Below, in pieces: positions 17,722 to 30,961 of a stretch of DNA of 64,000 bases. Source of the stretch: the human T2T-CHM13v2.0 reference genome, Homo sapiens; assembly GCF_009914755.1 (NCBI RefSeq), contig NC_060937.1; one strand, 5' to 3'. The translations under genes and the position numbers were made by a program. Every line of letters starts with the position of its first letter. Within the stretch, counting starts at the first letter, position 1. Below the pieces are notes generated by a model that searched no databases, had not been told where the DNA came from, and worked only from the letters and a program-made list of their open reading frames with translations.

Positions 17722-18076
17722 CTTTTTTGTTTTAACTTTTATTTTAAGTTCAGGACTACAAGTACAGGTTTGTTATATTAGTAAACTTGTGTCATGGGGA
17801 TTTGTTGTGCAGATTATTTCATCACCAGGTATGAAGCCCAGTACCCATTAGTAATTTTTCCTAATCCTTTCCCCCTCCCAACCTCCACCCTCCAATAGGC
17901 CCCAGTGTTCCCCTCTATGTGTCCATGTGTTCTCATCATTCAGCTCCCACTTATAAGTGAGAACATGAAGTATTTGGTTTTCTGTTCCTATGTTAGTTTG
18001 CTAAGGATAATGGCCTCCAACTCCATCTATGTTCCCACAAAAGACATGATCTCATTCTTTTTCATGGCTGAATAAT
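17722..18076 (-). mobile_element. Older L1PA (PA13-16-like) 3' end fragment
   Basis: TTTTAAGTTCAGG...CAGCTCCCACTTATAAGTGAGAACATG...TTCATGGCTG 3'UTR text. Confidence 0.8.
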
Positions 18077-20390
18077 GTCCTTTATAGTGAACCAGATCCC
18101 TCACTTTAAAGGACATTATTGTGACACCTGGAGACACATGAATAAAGCCTGAGGTTGGGTGGGGTGGTGGTCAGCAGAGCTGCCCTGCGTGATGGCCAGG
18201 GGTAGTCTAGGAGGAGTATGTCCTTGTTTCTCAGAATCACACACCAAAACTTTTGGGCATGATAGGGTAGGAACTTCAGATAGTTTAGAAAAGAAAAAAG
18301 TGTAAAGCCAGTTCAAAACAAATAAACCAGAAACTGACTAATGAAAAGAGGAAATTTATATATAATGTTATCAGAAATCAGTAGGGAAGGGATTACATAT
18401 CATGACTTAGCATTGGGGGAAATAAGTTTTAAATCACCACCTCACACCACTCTCTAAGGTATATTCCACGTGGAATAAAAAGATGAATGTCACAAGCTAG
18501 ACCAAGGGCTAATGTTCTGCCACATGTAGAGAATACTTTAAAAATACTTATCAAATCCCAATGGTATTTTTGCAGAAATAGTAAAATCCATCCTAAAATT
18601 CATATGGAATTCATATGGAATCTCAAGGAACATTGAATTGACAAAACAGTCTTGAAGAACAAAGTTGGAGGTCTCACATTTCCTGACTTCAAAACATACT
18701 ACAAAGCTATAGTAGTTTTAAAAATGTGGTACTGGTATAAAGATATACCCATAGGCCAATGGAATAAAATACACAGCCCAGAAGTAAACTCTTGCATATA
18801 TTGACAAATGGTTTTCAACAAGGGTGCCAAGATCATTCAATGCAGGAAAAAGGAGTCTTGCCATGAAGTGATGTTGAGAAAATTAGAGATTCATTCACGT
18901 GCAAAAGAATGAAGATGGACGCTTACCTTCTACCACGTATAAATATTACTTAATAGTAATTACCATATATGAATACACTTACATTAGTTATCATTTTAAC
19001 TCTTATTAAATATTGTTTTGTAAGATTCAACTCTTACTAAACATAAGATTAAAACTATAAGACTCTTAGAAGGAAACACAGGGGAACACCTTCATGACAT
19101 TGCAGTTGGCAGTAATTTATTGAATATGATACTGAAAGCACGGGCAACAGAGGAAATAAGACATAAATTTGACCACATCAAAATTTAAAACTGCACCACA
19201 GGACACAGCCATCAAAGGCAACCCATGGGATGTGAGAAAATATGTGCGAATCAGATACTTGATAAAGGGTTGATATCTAGAATATATAAAGAATTCCCAC
19301 AACTCAACAACAACAACAACAACAAACATTTTTAAATGGGCAAAGCAATTAAATAGACATTTCTTCAAGGAAGACCTACAAATGGCCAAGAAGCACATGA
19401 AAAGATGCTCAACATCACTAATCATTAGGGAAATGCAAATCAAAACCACAGTGAGACACCATCTCACACCCACTAGGATGCCCATGATAAAAGATGATTC
19501 GAGTTGAAGGACATGGATATTTTCTCTCACCACAATGAATTAAACTTGAAATAAGTAATAAAAAGATACTCGGAAAATCCTCACATATAGCAAGTAACAT
19601 ATACACATCTAAACAACCCATGAGCCACAGAAAATAACATGGTGGAAATTTAAAAGTATTTTGAATTAAGTGATAATGAAAGTACTACGTTTCAGTAGCT
19701 TTTAGGTTACAGCTAAAGCCTTGCATAAAGAGAAGTATGAATTTAGAAACAAATATTATGGGGGAAAAAAGCCAAAATAAGCTGAGTATGCATTTTAAGA
19801 AGTTAGAAAAACAGCAGCATTTTAAATCCAAAGAAACTATAAAAATAAGATAAAAGCAAAAATTAATGAAATAGGAAATAAGTGTATAATAGAGAAGATC
19901 AATAAAACCATTATTTTATTTGGTTCTTTGAAATAACTAAAAAATCTAATCATCCATTGGTGAGACTGATCAAAAAAAGAGGGAAGGTATAAAAATTTCA
20001 AGAATATAAAAGGGCACATCTAATCTTATTAAAATAATAAGAAGATATTATAAGCAACTTTTTATTCAATAAACTTGAAATTTTACATAAGATAGACAAA
20101 TTCTTTTAAAAAGTACAAATATTTTGGAAATTTGTACAAAGAAAAAATCCTTTATCATCCTAATTCTGAATTTATTGTCTGAAGATGTAACTTAAAACCT
20201 TCACGCAAAGAACTCTTTAATCCCAAATGAATTCGCCAGTAAATTCTTATAAACGTCTAACAATGAAATGGCAAACACAAATTCTTACAGAGAATAAGTA
20301 AAGAAGGAGCACTGCATATTTATTTTATGACACGAAAACAGCACTGATGCCAAAACCTGACATTTCAGGAGAGGAAAACTGCAAGCCAAC

Positions 20391-20813
20391 TGTGTTAGGC
20401 CGGTTTTGCATCACTATAAAGAAATACCTAAGACTGGGTAATTTGTAGAGAAAAGAGGTTTCACTGGCTCCTGGTTCTGCGGGCTGTAAGGAAGCTTGGC
20501 TCCAGCGTCTGCTCGGCTTCTGGGAGGCCTCAGGGAGCTTTCGCTCATGGCGGAAGGTGAAGCGGGAGCAGGCACGTCGCCCACTGAGAGCAGGAGCGAG
20601 AAAGAGAGGGAGACGGAAGGTGCCACACACTTTTAAACAACCAGATCTCGGGCGGACTGATTCACTATCTTAAGGATGCACCAAGAGGATGATGCTAAAC
20701 TACTCATGAGAAATCCACCCTGTGATCCCATCGCCTCCCACCGAGCCCCACCCCTAATACTGGGATTACATCTCAACATGAGATTTGGCAGGACGAATAT
20801 CCAAACCACATCA
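20391..20813 (-). mobile_element. MSTA/MSTB MaLR solo LTR, CpG-rich copy
   Basis: TGTGTTAG...CCAAACCACATCA. 5-bp TSD CCAAC/CTAAC. Confidence 0.9.
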
Positions 20814-21283
20814 CTAACCACTCACGAGCCTAGATGGAAACCGTGAGCACGTCAGGTTTATTCCAGGAATACAAGATGGGTTAACGTTTGGAAATTAACC
20901 AGTATAATTCATCACGTTAACAAGAAAGAAAAAAGAAAAATCATCTGATTATCTTAATCTGTGCAGAAAAGTGTTTAATAAATACACATTTGTAATATAA
21001 GAATATGGAACTTTCTTATCCAAATTAAGGGAAACAACAAAAACCTTACAGCAGGCATCACACTGAATATAGCAAAATGTTGATAGTGTTCTGAGATTAG
21101 GAACAAACAAGAATGCTCACCTACCCACATATGTTCACCTTTTACTGGAGGTCCTCGCTGGTGCAGTATGGCATAGAAATAAGAAAGATTGGGTAGGGAA
21201 AAAATAAGACATTTCTATTAGTGGATGTTATGATTTTATATGTAGAAAGCTTAAAAGATTTCAAATATAATTAGAATTAATAA

Positions 21284-21475
<192 letters not shown>

Positions 21476-22189
21476 TAGGGTCAATGTTTTTAAAAAAACA
21501 GCAGTTGTGCTTCTGTACACGAGTAACAAACAGAAACATGAGTAAAAACATCAGCTGTCAAATGTATTTAACAGGAGGTGTGCAAAGGTTCTGTGCAGAA
21601 ACAGCATTACTGCGAGAAATAAAGAAATTCTAAATAAATGGAGGGAGATGCTAAATTGGGAAGATGATGTCATAAAGGAGTTAATTCTCTCTAAAATGAT
21701 GCTTAGATAGCTGAAATTGCAATGCAAATATCAAAAGATTTTTACAGGCTGTTGTGTGGGAATGACCTTGATGCAAGGGTGGTCTCAAGGTCACTGTCAG
21801 GCAGGCGTTCCCAGAGGCCTTTGACGTACTGAGTCTCTCACACATCTTTGCCGGTTGAGATGTGTAACTGAAAAATCCCTGCCCAAAACAAGAGTGTTGG
21901 GGTCATGTGAAAGGATTCCTTTGTTCATACCCATGGGATCCACGATGTGGCCTCAAGTTACATATAAACCTTTGTGCTGGTAGAAGAATGATGATAGTTA
22001 ATGCTCGCTGAGTACTTACAAGGATGGCAGTACTTTAATCTTTTCACGTTATGCGTGCCACTCGCATGACATGTACACACACCAGCTCATTTACTCTATG
22101 TATACTGCTTTGATTCTGAAATCTTGCTCAATACTGTAACACAAAATGCACCGAGGAGAGGTGCTAGAGAGTTAGGAACTGCATCTTCA

Positions 22190-22715
22190 AGTGGAAAAAT
22201 ACCAAAACTCCATAAAATATGTCAAAGAGGTTTATTCTGAGCCAACATGAGTGACCGCAGCCTGGGGAAAACACAAACCCAAGAAGCCCTGAGTGGGTGG
22301 TTTCGAGGCAGTCGGTATGCAACTCATACATTTCAGGGAGGCAGGAGGTACAGGCAAAGTCATGAATCAATACCTGGAGGTTATACTTTGGCTTGGCACA
22401 AAAAGGTGAGATATCTTGAAGTGGCGGCTTACAGATCATAGGCGGGATTAAAGATTCTTTGATGTGCAGTTGATTAAAAGAACAAAGCTTTCTCTGAAAA
22501 CTCGGAGTCAGCAGAAAGGCATATTTAAGTTGAGATCAGGACTTCTGCTCATCATCATGGGGTACTACGCTGGAGCCAGGTTGCAAGTGCAAACCACAAG
22601 ACACTGGAAGAAAATGACCTGTTTAGCAAGATTGACAGTCTGCAGAGATGACTCCTCCAGGCCCCTTAGGAAGGAATTTTGAATAAAGAGAAAAAGTTCA
22701 GGTCTCAGACTCCTA
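22190..22715 (-). mobile_element. MER4-group ERV1 solo LTR (subfamily uncertain)
   Basis: AAAGAGGTTTATTCTGAGCCAA...ATACATTTCAGGGAGGCAGGAG...AATCAATAC...GCTTACAGATCATAGG is typical of MER4-group LTRs in reverse. Confidence 0.7.
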
Positions 22716-22799
22716 AGGCAGCATGTGGCTTTAGTCCCAGGGCCAAGAGCAAGGGTGGCCCTTGCTGATGCCTCCGAGGCCCTGTGTGCCCTCTGAGGC

Positions 22800-23680
22800 T
22801 GGTTGAGGGCAGCTTGAGAAGAGTCTGTGCTTTATCTGGATGATGAGGAAGCCTGGCAGCGTCCTCTTTTGGAAGATCCCCACAGAGGCCCTGCAGAGGT
22901 ATAGTCAGGCCAGCATGCTGGAGAGCCAGGAGAAAAGCCAGCAGGCACTGAGCTAAGGCTGTGTAATAGGCTGGACAGGAGGGGAGAGATTTGGGAGAAA
23001 TTTAAGAAGCAGGCTGGGCGCGGTGGCTCATGCCTGTAATCCCAGCACTTTGGGAGGCCCAGGAAGGCGGATCACAAAGTCAAGAGATCGAGACCATCCT
23101 GGTCAACATGGTGAAACCCTGTCTCTACTAAAAATACAAAAATTAGCTGGGCATGGTGGTGCGCGCCTGTAGTCCCAGTTACTTGGGAGGCTGAGGGAGG
23201 AAAATCGCTTGAATCTGGGAGGCGGAGGTTGTAGTAGCCGAGATTGCACCACTGCACTCCAGCCTGGTGACAGAATGAGACTCCGTCAAAAAAGAGAGAG
23301 AGAAAGAGAGAGAAAGAAAGAGAGAGAGGGAGGGAGGGAGGAAGGAAGGAAGAAAGGAAGGAAGGAAGGAGGAAAGGAAGAAAGAAATTTAAGAAGCAAA
23401 ATTCGCAGGACTTGGTGATCTAGTGGGTGTAAACATTGCAAGGAAAAAGCCATTTAAGATGAATTCCAAGTGACCGGCTGAAATGTGCAACGGATATTCA
23501 CTTTCTAAATAGAGTGCGCAGGAGGGGGTGTTTGGGTGGAGAAAATGGGGAGATGATTGGGTGCCTGTGAGCTGCAGTGTGGAGCACTCACGTGCCATAG
23601 AGATGCCGGGCAGGGTCGGGAGACTGGGCTCAGCAGCTCGGGGGTGCCGAGGTGGTAGCATCCAGGAGACCACCTGGGAG
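22800..23680 (-). mobile_element. L2 fragment split by AluSc
   Basis: GAGATTTGGGAGAAATTTAAGAAGC|AAAATTCGCAGGACTTGGTGATC...GATGAATTCCAAG L2-like text. Confidence 0.55.
23012..23382 (+). mobile_element. AluSc with a tail converted to a GA/GGAA microsatellite
   Basis: Sc-type CAAGAGATCGAGACCATCCTGG and CCTGG-TGACAG. 16-bp TSD AGAAATTTAAGAAGCA at 22996-23011 and 23383-23398. Confidence 0.93.
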
Positions 23681-26600
23681 CGTGTGTCCAAGGGAAGTGG
23701 ACTCCTTCCCCCCACCACACTCTTCTCTCTGCTGCAGGGACAGCCCCCAGAACAGTTCTTCTGTGGAAGGTTCTGAAAGACCCAAGACAGGTCAGTTCTC
23801 CATGGAACGTGGAAAAGGCTACTAAAAAGTACAGGCGCGTATTACTTAGAATCTGGTTTGGGGGACACGAAGCAGAAGGAAAAGCACGACATTGTAAAAC
23901 AGATATGACTGTTGCGCCCATTGCTAAATTATACAGTGTGCCACAAGGGTCAAAAGGATGGTCCGTGAACACGCAGGCTCAGGGTCGGACTCCGATGGGG
24001 ATGCATTTCCAGATACACGCCAGGTCAGTGCTGGGCATTCCTGCCACTCGGGTCCTCTCCCTAACGCCTCTACTGGTCCAACTGCCTTGTAATCACCGCT
24101 CTCCACTGGTTCTTTGACAAAGGGTTTTCAACCCCGATCTGCAGGGTTTAAAAGTGTTTTTAACCCCTACCTTGTTGCTGACCTAGGAAAAGGTTGCTGT
24201 CCCATTCTGTGCTAGTGATGCTAGCTGAGCACTTTTTTTACAGTGAAATTCTGGCCAGAGCCCAGTGGGACCCGTGACAGGCTGTTTCCGAGTCCTCCCA
24301 GGCTCTGCTGGAGGCTGCACACCTACGTTCGGTCTTGTGCCTTTGTCCCACATCGCCACGATGGGCCTCGAGCAGTCCCTGCTGCCCAGCGCTGTGGAAC
24401 TCCCTGGGTGTGTGGGCACAGCATGGCTGCAGGGCTCACTGCCCTCAGCCGTTGGGACTGCCATCCTGGGTCGCCACTCTCTCCAGAGAGTGCCTACCAT
24501 CCCCACGCTCCAGCCACGGTTACAGGGCAGAACTCCCTGTCTTCGTGGGCAAAGCATCCGTGGACTCACCGCTTTGTGCCATCGAATTGCAGCAGTGTGG
24601 CTGGAGCAGTTGGCGGCCCTGATGCCCAGCGCACAGAGAACGCATCCGGGATGCGCTCAAGGATGCTGCCAACAGGGTTCTCAGCCTGCCCGTGGAGCCT
24701 GTCTTCCTAACTTGGCACTCGTGCCATCGTTGGACCAAGATGTCATTGGGCACCGTCCCCTCCGGACAGATGCTTTCCAGCCCAGGCAGCCAGAAGGACA
24801 CTAAGCTCGTGGCATTTGGGACGGCACTGATAGACATGGCATTAAAGCCGACTTTAACCTCTTCTTCTTCCTCTTTGTCACGGGGTAGAAAAGTGAGCCG
24901 CTCCAACACCCAGCTGCACCAATTTAAGGTCTTAACCATAGCCTCTAAAGGAGGTCTAAAGCCCTCCCAAATGTGGTTGCTGTAAAAATTGAGACCGTTT
25001 TCCACATGCTGCTCCTAAATCCTTTACCTCTTTCCACCTTTTCTCTCCCCATAGGCAAATGGCAACTATGGCCACAAGAGAAAGCCCAGCTCATTTAAGT
25101 AAAGTAATTGATTTTGACATCTGAAAACTAACAGCAGTTAGAAATTTTAGAATGAATCACTGAGTAGACCAAATGAATTTAAATCAATTATCTGAGGTTT
25201 AATGTTTAAAGGGGGTTTAATTTTATGTATCTAGTTGCACCTTGATTATTCAGTTTTGAAGTTCCATGCATCAAAGTTTTAATCTCAGAATGAACACTAG
25301 ACTCCCTGGGCTTCCCCTGCAGACTGGTATGTGCTTAGGGAACGCAGGTGAGCCATGAGGCAGCCAGTCATGAAGTCAACCGAGGCTTCTCAGCTGCCAT
25401 GCCAGCCGCTGTAGTAGTTCCCGAGCAGAGTTCACCCTCAGCGTCGTCACAGACAACTTTTGTGGAGAGCTCATGTGTGCTTGCCAGTTCTCTGTGCCTC
25501 TGTGGCTTTCTCACAACGGGCAACATTGGGTCTAAATCTTAACTTTCTTGCAAAGAAGTCACACTTCTCAAATACAGGCTGTGTTAAGCGAATGATCATT
25601 TGGGCAGCCATGTTTAATAGAAATGCTGTTGCTATCCCAGGCTCATTCTTGCTATCTTAAGATAGATTTGTTCATCATTAACAGCTGTTTCACCAATGGG
25701 TGTCTGTTTGCTGAATGACAAGTCCTGCAGTCTCATGACTTCATGCTGGATAACGCCAGGCGCAGGTGCATTTAGAAGGGTGAAGTGGCTCTTTCTGTAG
25801 GCCCAGGCCAGCTCTGGCCTTTCTCTTGTAGCCAATGAGCTGTGGTAGAGACACCTGTCCCCAGGAAGCAGCTCACTCCTGTCCTACAACCCTGAGGCGG
25901 GCAGGGCAGGCACTACCGCCCAGCTGTCCTAGTCCTGATGTGAGTCAGTGACCTAGAATCCGGAGCCTTCCCAACAGCCAGTGGAAACATCCTGTCACAT
26001 GTGGTTTTTATTTCAGAACTCGGGCTTGTGGTGCTGCCCTGCACCCTGAGACACCCTTGCTGTGGTCGGATTCGTGGAAGCACACCGGCTTACCCAAGTA
26101 CCTCAGTCGATTGCTCAGCAGCTCTTACTTGTGATCAGAGCTGATGGGGTGAGCAACTTATTCTTGGGGAGAATTAGCTCCTGGAAGGTCTGGCTTGGGG
26201 CTGGTGCCGCATCCCATGGCCTCAGCTTGAGGATGGAGGAAGGGGTCAGCTGGGGAGTGTGGAGGGATGGGGAGCTGTTCCCAAGCTTCACACCACTGCT
26301 CACCACTGGGCAATCCAGTGAGCTTCCATGGATCTGACCACACTTATGGGGTCTCAGGGCACAGGACTCTGCACCGAAAGCCCAAGGTTTGAAATGAAAA
26401 TAACATGTCCTCCACTCCTCCAGGGGAATGTGTGTAGAACAACCTGGGACCAGCCAGAGAAACATGGTGGGCGGGTTCCTGGCTTGGTGCCCCTTTCCCA
26501 CTCCTCTCCCAATAATCTGGTCCTGTGAGGATGCCCCACACTCCTGACCACCTCAGGCCTGCACCCTCGTCTGAGCTAACCCTCATCTGAGCTGTTGGGC

Positions 26601-27064
26601 CTTGCTGGAGAGATGGGGGCTGAGCAAGCACAGGCCTGCTGGGGCCTCTGGATCCTCTCACTGTGGTGATGGCCAGGCCACCTCCTGCAGGAACTGCTGG
26701 TGTCTCCTCCATGACCAGAGGCCACCACTGGGGATGCCCAGGCCTCCCTGTCACATCCTCCCCACTTCTGGTGCAAACTCTCTGAGAGATACATGCAGGA
26801 CAGTGCTTGGACCCAGGCCCACACTAGCTTCCTACCAGTCACTGCACCCCAAATCAACTCATCCACTCAGCCACAGGTGGGGCAACTGCACCCCAGCCCA
26901 GGGGGGTTCCTGACGGGGAGAGTGAGTGCATGTGTGTGAAGAGTGGCAGGTCCTGCAGACCGAGAGAGTCTAGAACATCCTCTTGCGGGAGGAATGGCCT
27001 AGAGTCAGGGGAGGTGACAGCATTCCCCTGGTACCTCCTCAAGCCATCATGTCTGCCTTACAAG

Positions 27065-27468
27065 CTCTGGAGGGTTGAATACTCCTCATGCCCCATGCGC
27101 AGGATCATGCAGAAGCTCAGAATGTGCCCTTATTTGGAAATAGGGTCTTATACATGTGCTTAGCTAAGGATCTTGAGATGAAACCATCTTAGATGTAGGG
27201 CGGACCCTAGTCTAATGGCTGGTGTTCCCATAAGAAGAGGGGATGACACCACAGGAGGAGGCCATGAAGTCAGAGGCTGAGATTGAAGGGACACAGCCAC
27301 AGGCCACAGAACTCCTGGGGACACTAGACCCCAGCAGAGGCCAGGAAGGACCATCCCTGGAGCCCGTGGAGGGAGTGCAGCCATGCAATGCCTTCACACA
27401 GACTCTGATGTTCAGAATCCTGAGGAAAAAACTGCTTTGTTACAGCAGCTCTGGGACGGTAAAAGACA
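27065..27468 (+). mobile_element. MLT1B/C MaLR solo LTR
   Basis: CTCAGAATGTGCCCTTATTTGGAAATAGGGTCTT...CTTTGTTACAGCAGC motifs. Confidence 0.8.
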
Positions 27469-27474
27469 AGCCAA

Positions 27475-27760
27475 GGCAGAAACAAGGGGGAAGAGATAGA
27501 AACAGAGAGAGAAAGAAAGGAGAGAGAAATGAAGAGAGAAGAGAGAGAGAGAAACAGAGAGAGAGAGGAGAGGGAGGAGAGAGGGTGGGAGAGGGAGGCA
27601 CAGAGAGAGATACAGAGACAGACACAGAGAAAGAGAGGAGAGAGACAGAGAGAGAGGAGAGGGAGGAGAGAGTAACAGAGAAGAGAGAGAGAGGAAATAG
27701 AGAGAGAGAAAGAGAGAGAAGAAAGGATGGGAGAGGAGAGAGGGAAGAGGAGGAGGGAGT
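27475..27760. repeat. GA-rich polypurine low-complexity tract
   Basis: About 285 bp almost entirely A/G on the plus strand. Confidence 0.95.
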
Positions 27761-28648
27761 CCTCTCTCCCGGCAGTGTGTGTACAGGGCAGGGGGAGGCT
27801 GGAATCAGGAGGTGCTCGTGCTCCCTGCTCGTACCTCCATGAGCCAGGGTCCTCACTAAGGTATCTGCATGGGACACGGTGCTGCCTAATCGCGTCCAAC
27901 AATCTGTTCCATGAAACTGCTTTGCCTCTGAATAGCGAGTCACAATATTGAGTCACAATTTGTATTAAAGTTGTGATATTTGATTTCACAATATTTGAAA
28001 GTCTATAAACTCCTCCTTAGAGTTGATTGAGGTTTTCCCCACCATAAGCCTCTAGCTCCAATGCTGTGCTCATCACATCCTAGAAGTGACTTTATAGGTG
28101 GGAAAAGAAAAGAGAAAAACTGGGAAGAATGGCTTTTTCTGGAAGCAGTCCCCGAGCCTGTGCAACCTCCTGTTGCCCTGAGCCAGGAGGAGGCGGGCTC
28201 CACCACGTGGGGTGACGTGGACAAGGACTCCTGCTACTGCCAGAGGAGCCCATGAGAGAGGAGCAGCTCTCAGGGTCCAAGGATGGGTTGCAGGGTGTTT
28301 AAAGTAATTTTTAAACTGTTGGTTTTATTAATATCAAGTGGCATTTTAATATGACTGAAACCGTTAGTGAAAAGGTACCATGCTTATAATTGATCACAAA
28401 ATCCCTTGTGTGGGCTATCTCATGCCTTAATTCTTCTCCTGGACAAGCTTGTCGTGGTCTATTCCTCTTTGTCTCTCCCACTTAACTTCAACAAAGGAAC
28501 CGGAGGTGATCCTTTCCCCTGGAAGTCCTCTCGGTACGCCCAACTCCTGGCTAGACTCAGACGTGGAGTGGAAAAAATATCTGTTAAATTGGACGGAATA
28601 AACATCAAAAATCAGACGTAAGTCATAATTTAAAAAAACAATATAATA

Positions 28649-28826
28649 CCAGGTGTGGTAGCTCATGCCTATAATCCTAGCACTTTGGGAGGCTGAGGCG
28701 GGAGGATCACTAGAGCTCAGGAGTTGGAGGCTGTAGTGAGCTATGATCGTGCCACCGCACTCCAGCCTGGACAACAGAGAGAGATCTCACCTCAAAAAAT
28801 TAATTAATCAATTAATTAAATTAAAA
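28649..28826 (+). mobile_element. AluJ-derived hybrid monomer
   Basis: Left-arm start joined to right-arm end, then an A/TAAT tail. Imperfect TSD AAAACAATATAATA / AAAATAATCTAGTA. Confidence 0.8.
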
Positions 28827-28899
28827 ATAATCTAGTAAAACAATGAGGAATCAATTGCAGAATGTAAAAGGATTATGGTAAAAATTATTAAGAGACTAA

Positions 28900-29740
28900 G
28901 TGGTTCTAAGCATACATGTAAAAATAGACTCCATAAAGGACCAAAGAGACATTAAAGGAAAATTTTAATTGCCTAAATTATATTTATAAACAAACACACT
29001 GGAGGAGTAATGACAGATGACAGTATAATAACACATGAAGAATGCTTATGGAGCAACAAAAGACAAATATACTGTAGGAAAATGAGCAAAGGACAGGAAC
29101 AGATAATACACAAAAAGCATAGAAAATAAATATCCTATAAGCCTATGGAAAACATTTTTTCTCACAAATAATCAAACAAATGAAAATAGTATATCTTCCC
29201 CAAATGAGGTACCAAATATCAGACAATTCTCACATGTTGTTGGTGAGAGTACGATTCATGTCCAGGGAATGTGCAACTCACAAGACCTTCTGGAGAACAG
29301 TTTGTCAGTATCTCTAAAGTCTGGCTCATGACATCTACTTCTAGGAACTTATCCTAAGGAGTTACATAGATGTTTACACAGATTTGTCTATTGTTATCTC
29401 AATAAGATTTTTTAAGTCTGTGAGAAGTTGAAAACAACCTATATATTCACTCATAAAATACATAAAACATAAACGATGGTACCTCCATAAGATGAAGACT
29501 GTAACAATTTTAGAAAATCTATATTTTAATCCTTATAAACAGATATTTATTTGTATGGGAAATATTAATAATATGAGTAATAAAAGGCAGATTACAAAAC
29601 TGTATATAGCATGATTCTATGTTTATGTAGAAATTCTGTACACCTATGCAAAGTATTAACGACCATCTTATCTGTGTAGATAGGGTTATGAATGCTTTTA
29701 TTTTCTACTTGGGCTTCACTGTATTTTTCACTTTTTAACT
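28900..29740 (+). mobile_element. Old L1ME-like fragment
   Basis: GGAAAATGAGCAAAGGACAGGAACAGA, CTACTTCTAGGAACTTATCCTAAGGA and AT-rich 3' text. Confidence 0.6.
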
Positions 29741-30186
29741 TATAAATGGACAAAGACTATTACTTATAAATAGTTCAGAACTATTATTAAAAATTAAGCT
29801 GTGATAGTGTAGTGGTAAATGAAATAGTAAATACAGTTACTATATTTTAATGATATTTAGGGAGGTGACTGAACTAATATTGAAAATGTCCAAAAACACT
29901 TTTGTTGACACACTAGTGAGCACATATTTTTTGCAAAGCAGCTTCATAGGGTACGCTGTGGTCAGATTCGACTCCCACATTCCCCAGAATGAACAGTGGC
30001 CTGGCTTGAACACTCCCCCTGCCATTCTTTCACCTCTCCGCAGAAGACACGCTTATCAGGTGATTTAGAGCTCTGCCAATTTGGGTGATTTTGAACAAAG
30101 ATTATTCTCTTTGCTTACGTTATTCAGATGATTGATTAACTTCAAATTCTAACATAATTATCTCTCGACTACTTAATTTTCTAGAA

Positions 30187-30385
30187 TAGGGTCTCTCGAC
30201 GGATGACCTTTCAGCTGGAGAATTCTGTCGTGGGGCCGTCCTGTGCCCTGGCGGGCACTCAGCAGCCTCCCTGGCGTCTATTCGATGTCAGGAGCCCCTC
30301 CGCCCTCATTGTGGCAACCAAAGATGCCTGCAGACATTGCCAAAGGTGTCCGGAGGGGAAAATCACACCCAGTTAAGAACCACTG
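30187..30385 (-). mobile_element. MER20 hAT-Charlie MITE
   Basis: ...CAGACATTGCCAAAGGTGTCC...AAAATCACACCCAGTTAAGAACCACTG end. 8-bp TSD TTCTAGAA/CTCTAAAA. Confidence 0.85.
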
Positions 30386-30656
30386 CTCTAAAAGAAGCAT
30401 TGTTTTTTGCAATTAGAGAAACAGACTTGTCCATTTCTTTACCTAATTTGCACTCCATTTTCAAAATTGCTCCTAATTTTGTAATACTTTTATGTTTAGG
30501 CATTTAATACCTGAAGCATTACATCAGTAGAATCAGATGGAGAGCTCCATGACCTCTTTGACAGAGTATTATTAAGAAATAAGTTTCAGCCTGCAATTAT
30601 AAAATGGGGTAAAATTATTCACTTATGGTATTCAAAATGCAATTTTTTTTTGGTAA

Positions 30657-30961
<305 letters not shown>

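Noticed and set aside
24243-25005. Overlapping 155-179-aa ORFs as a coding exon
   Set aside because: Several frames on both strands are open because of high GC; no recognisable homology or codon pattern.
27243-27989. 199-221-aa Arg/Glu-rich and Leu/Ser-rich ORFs
   Set aside because: Span an MLT1 LTR and a GA tract; compositional artefact.
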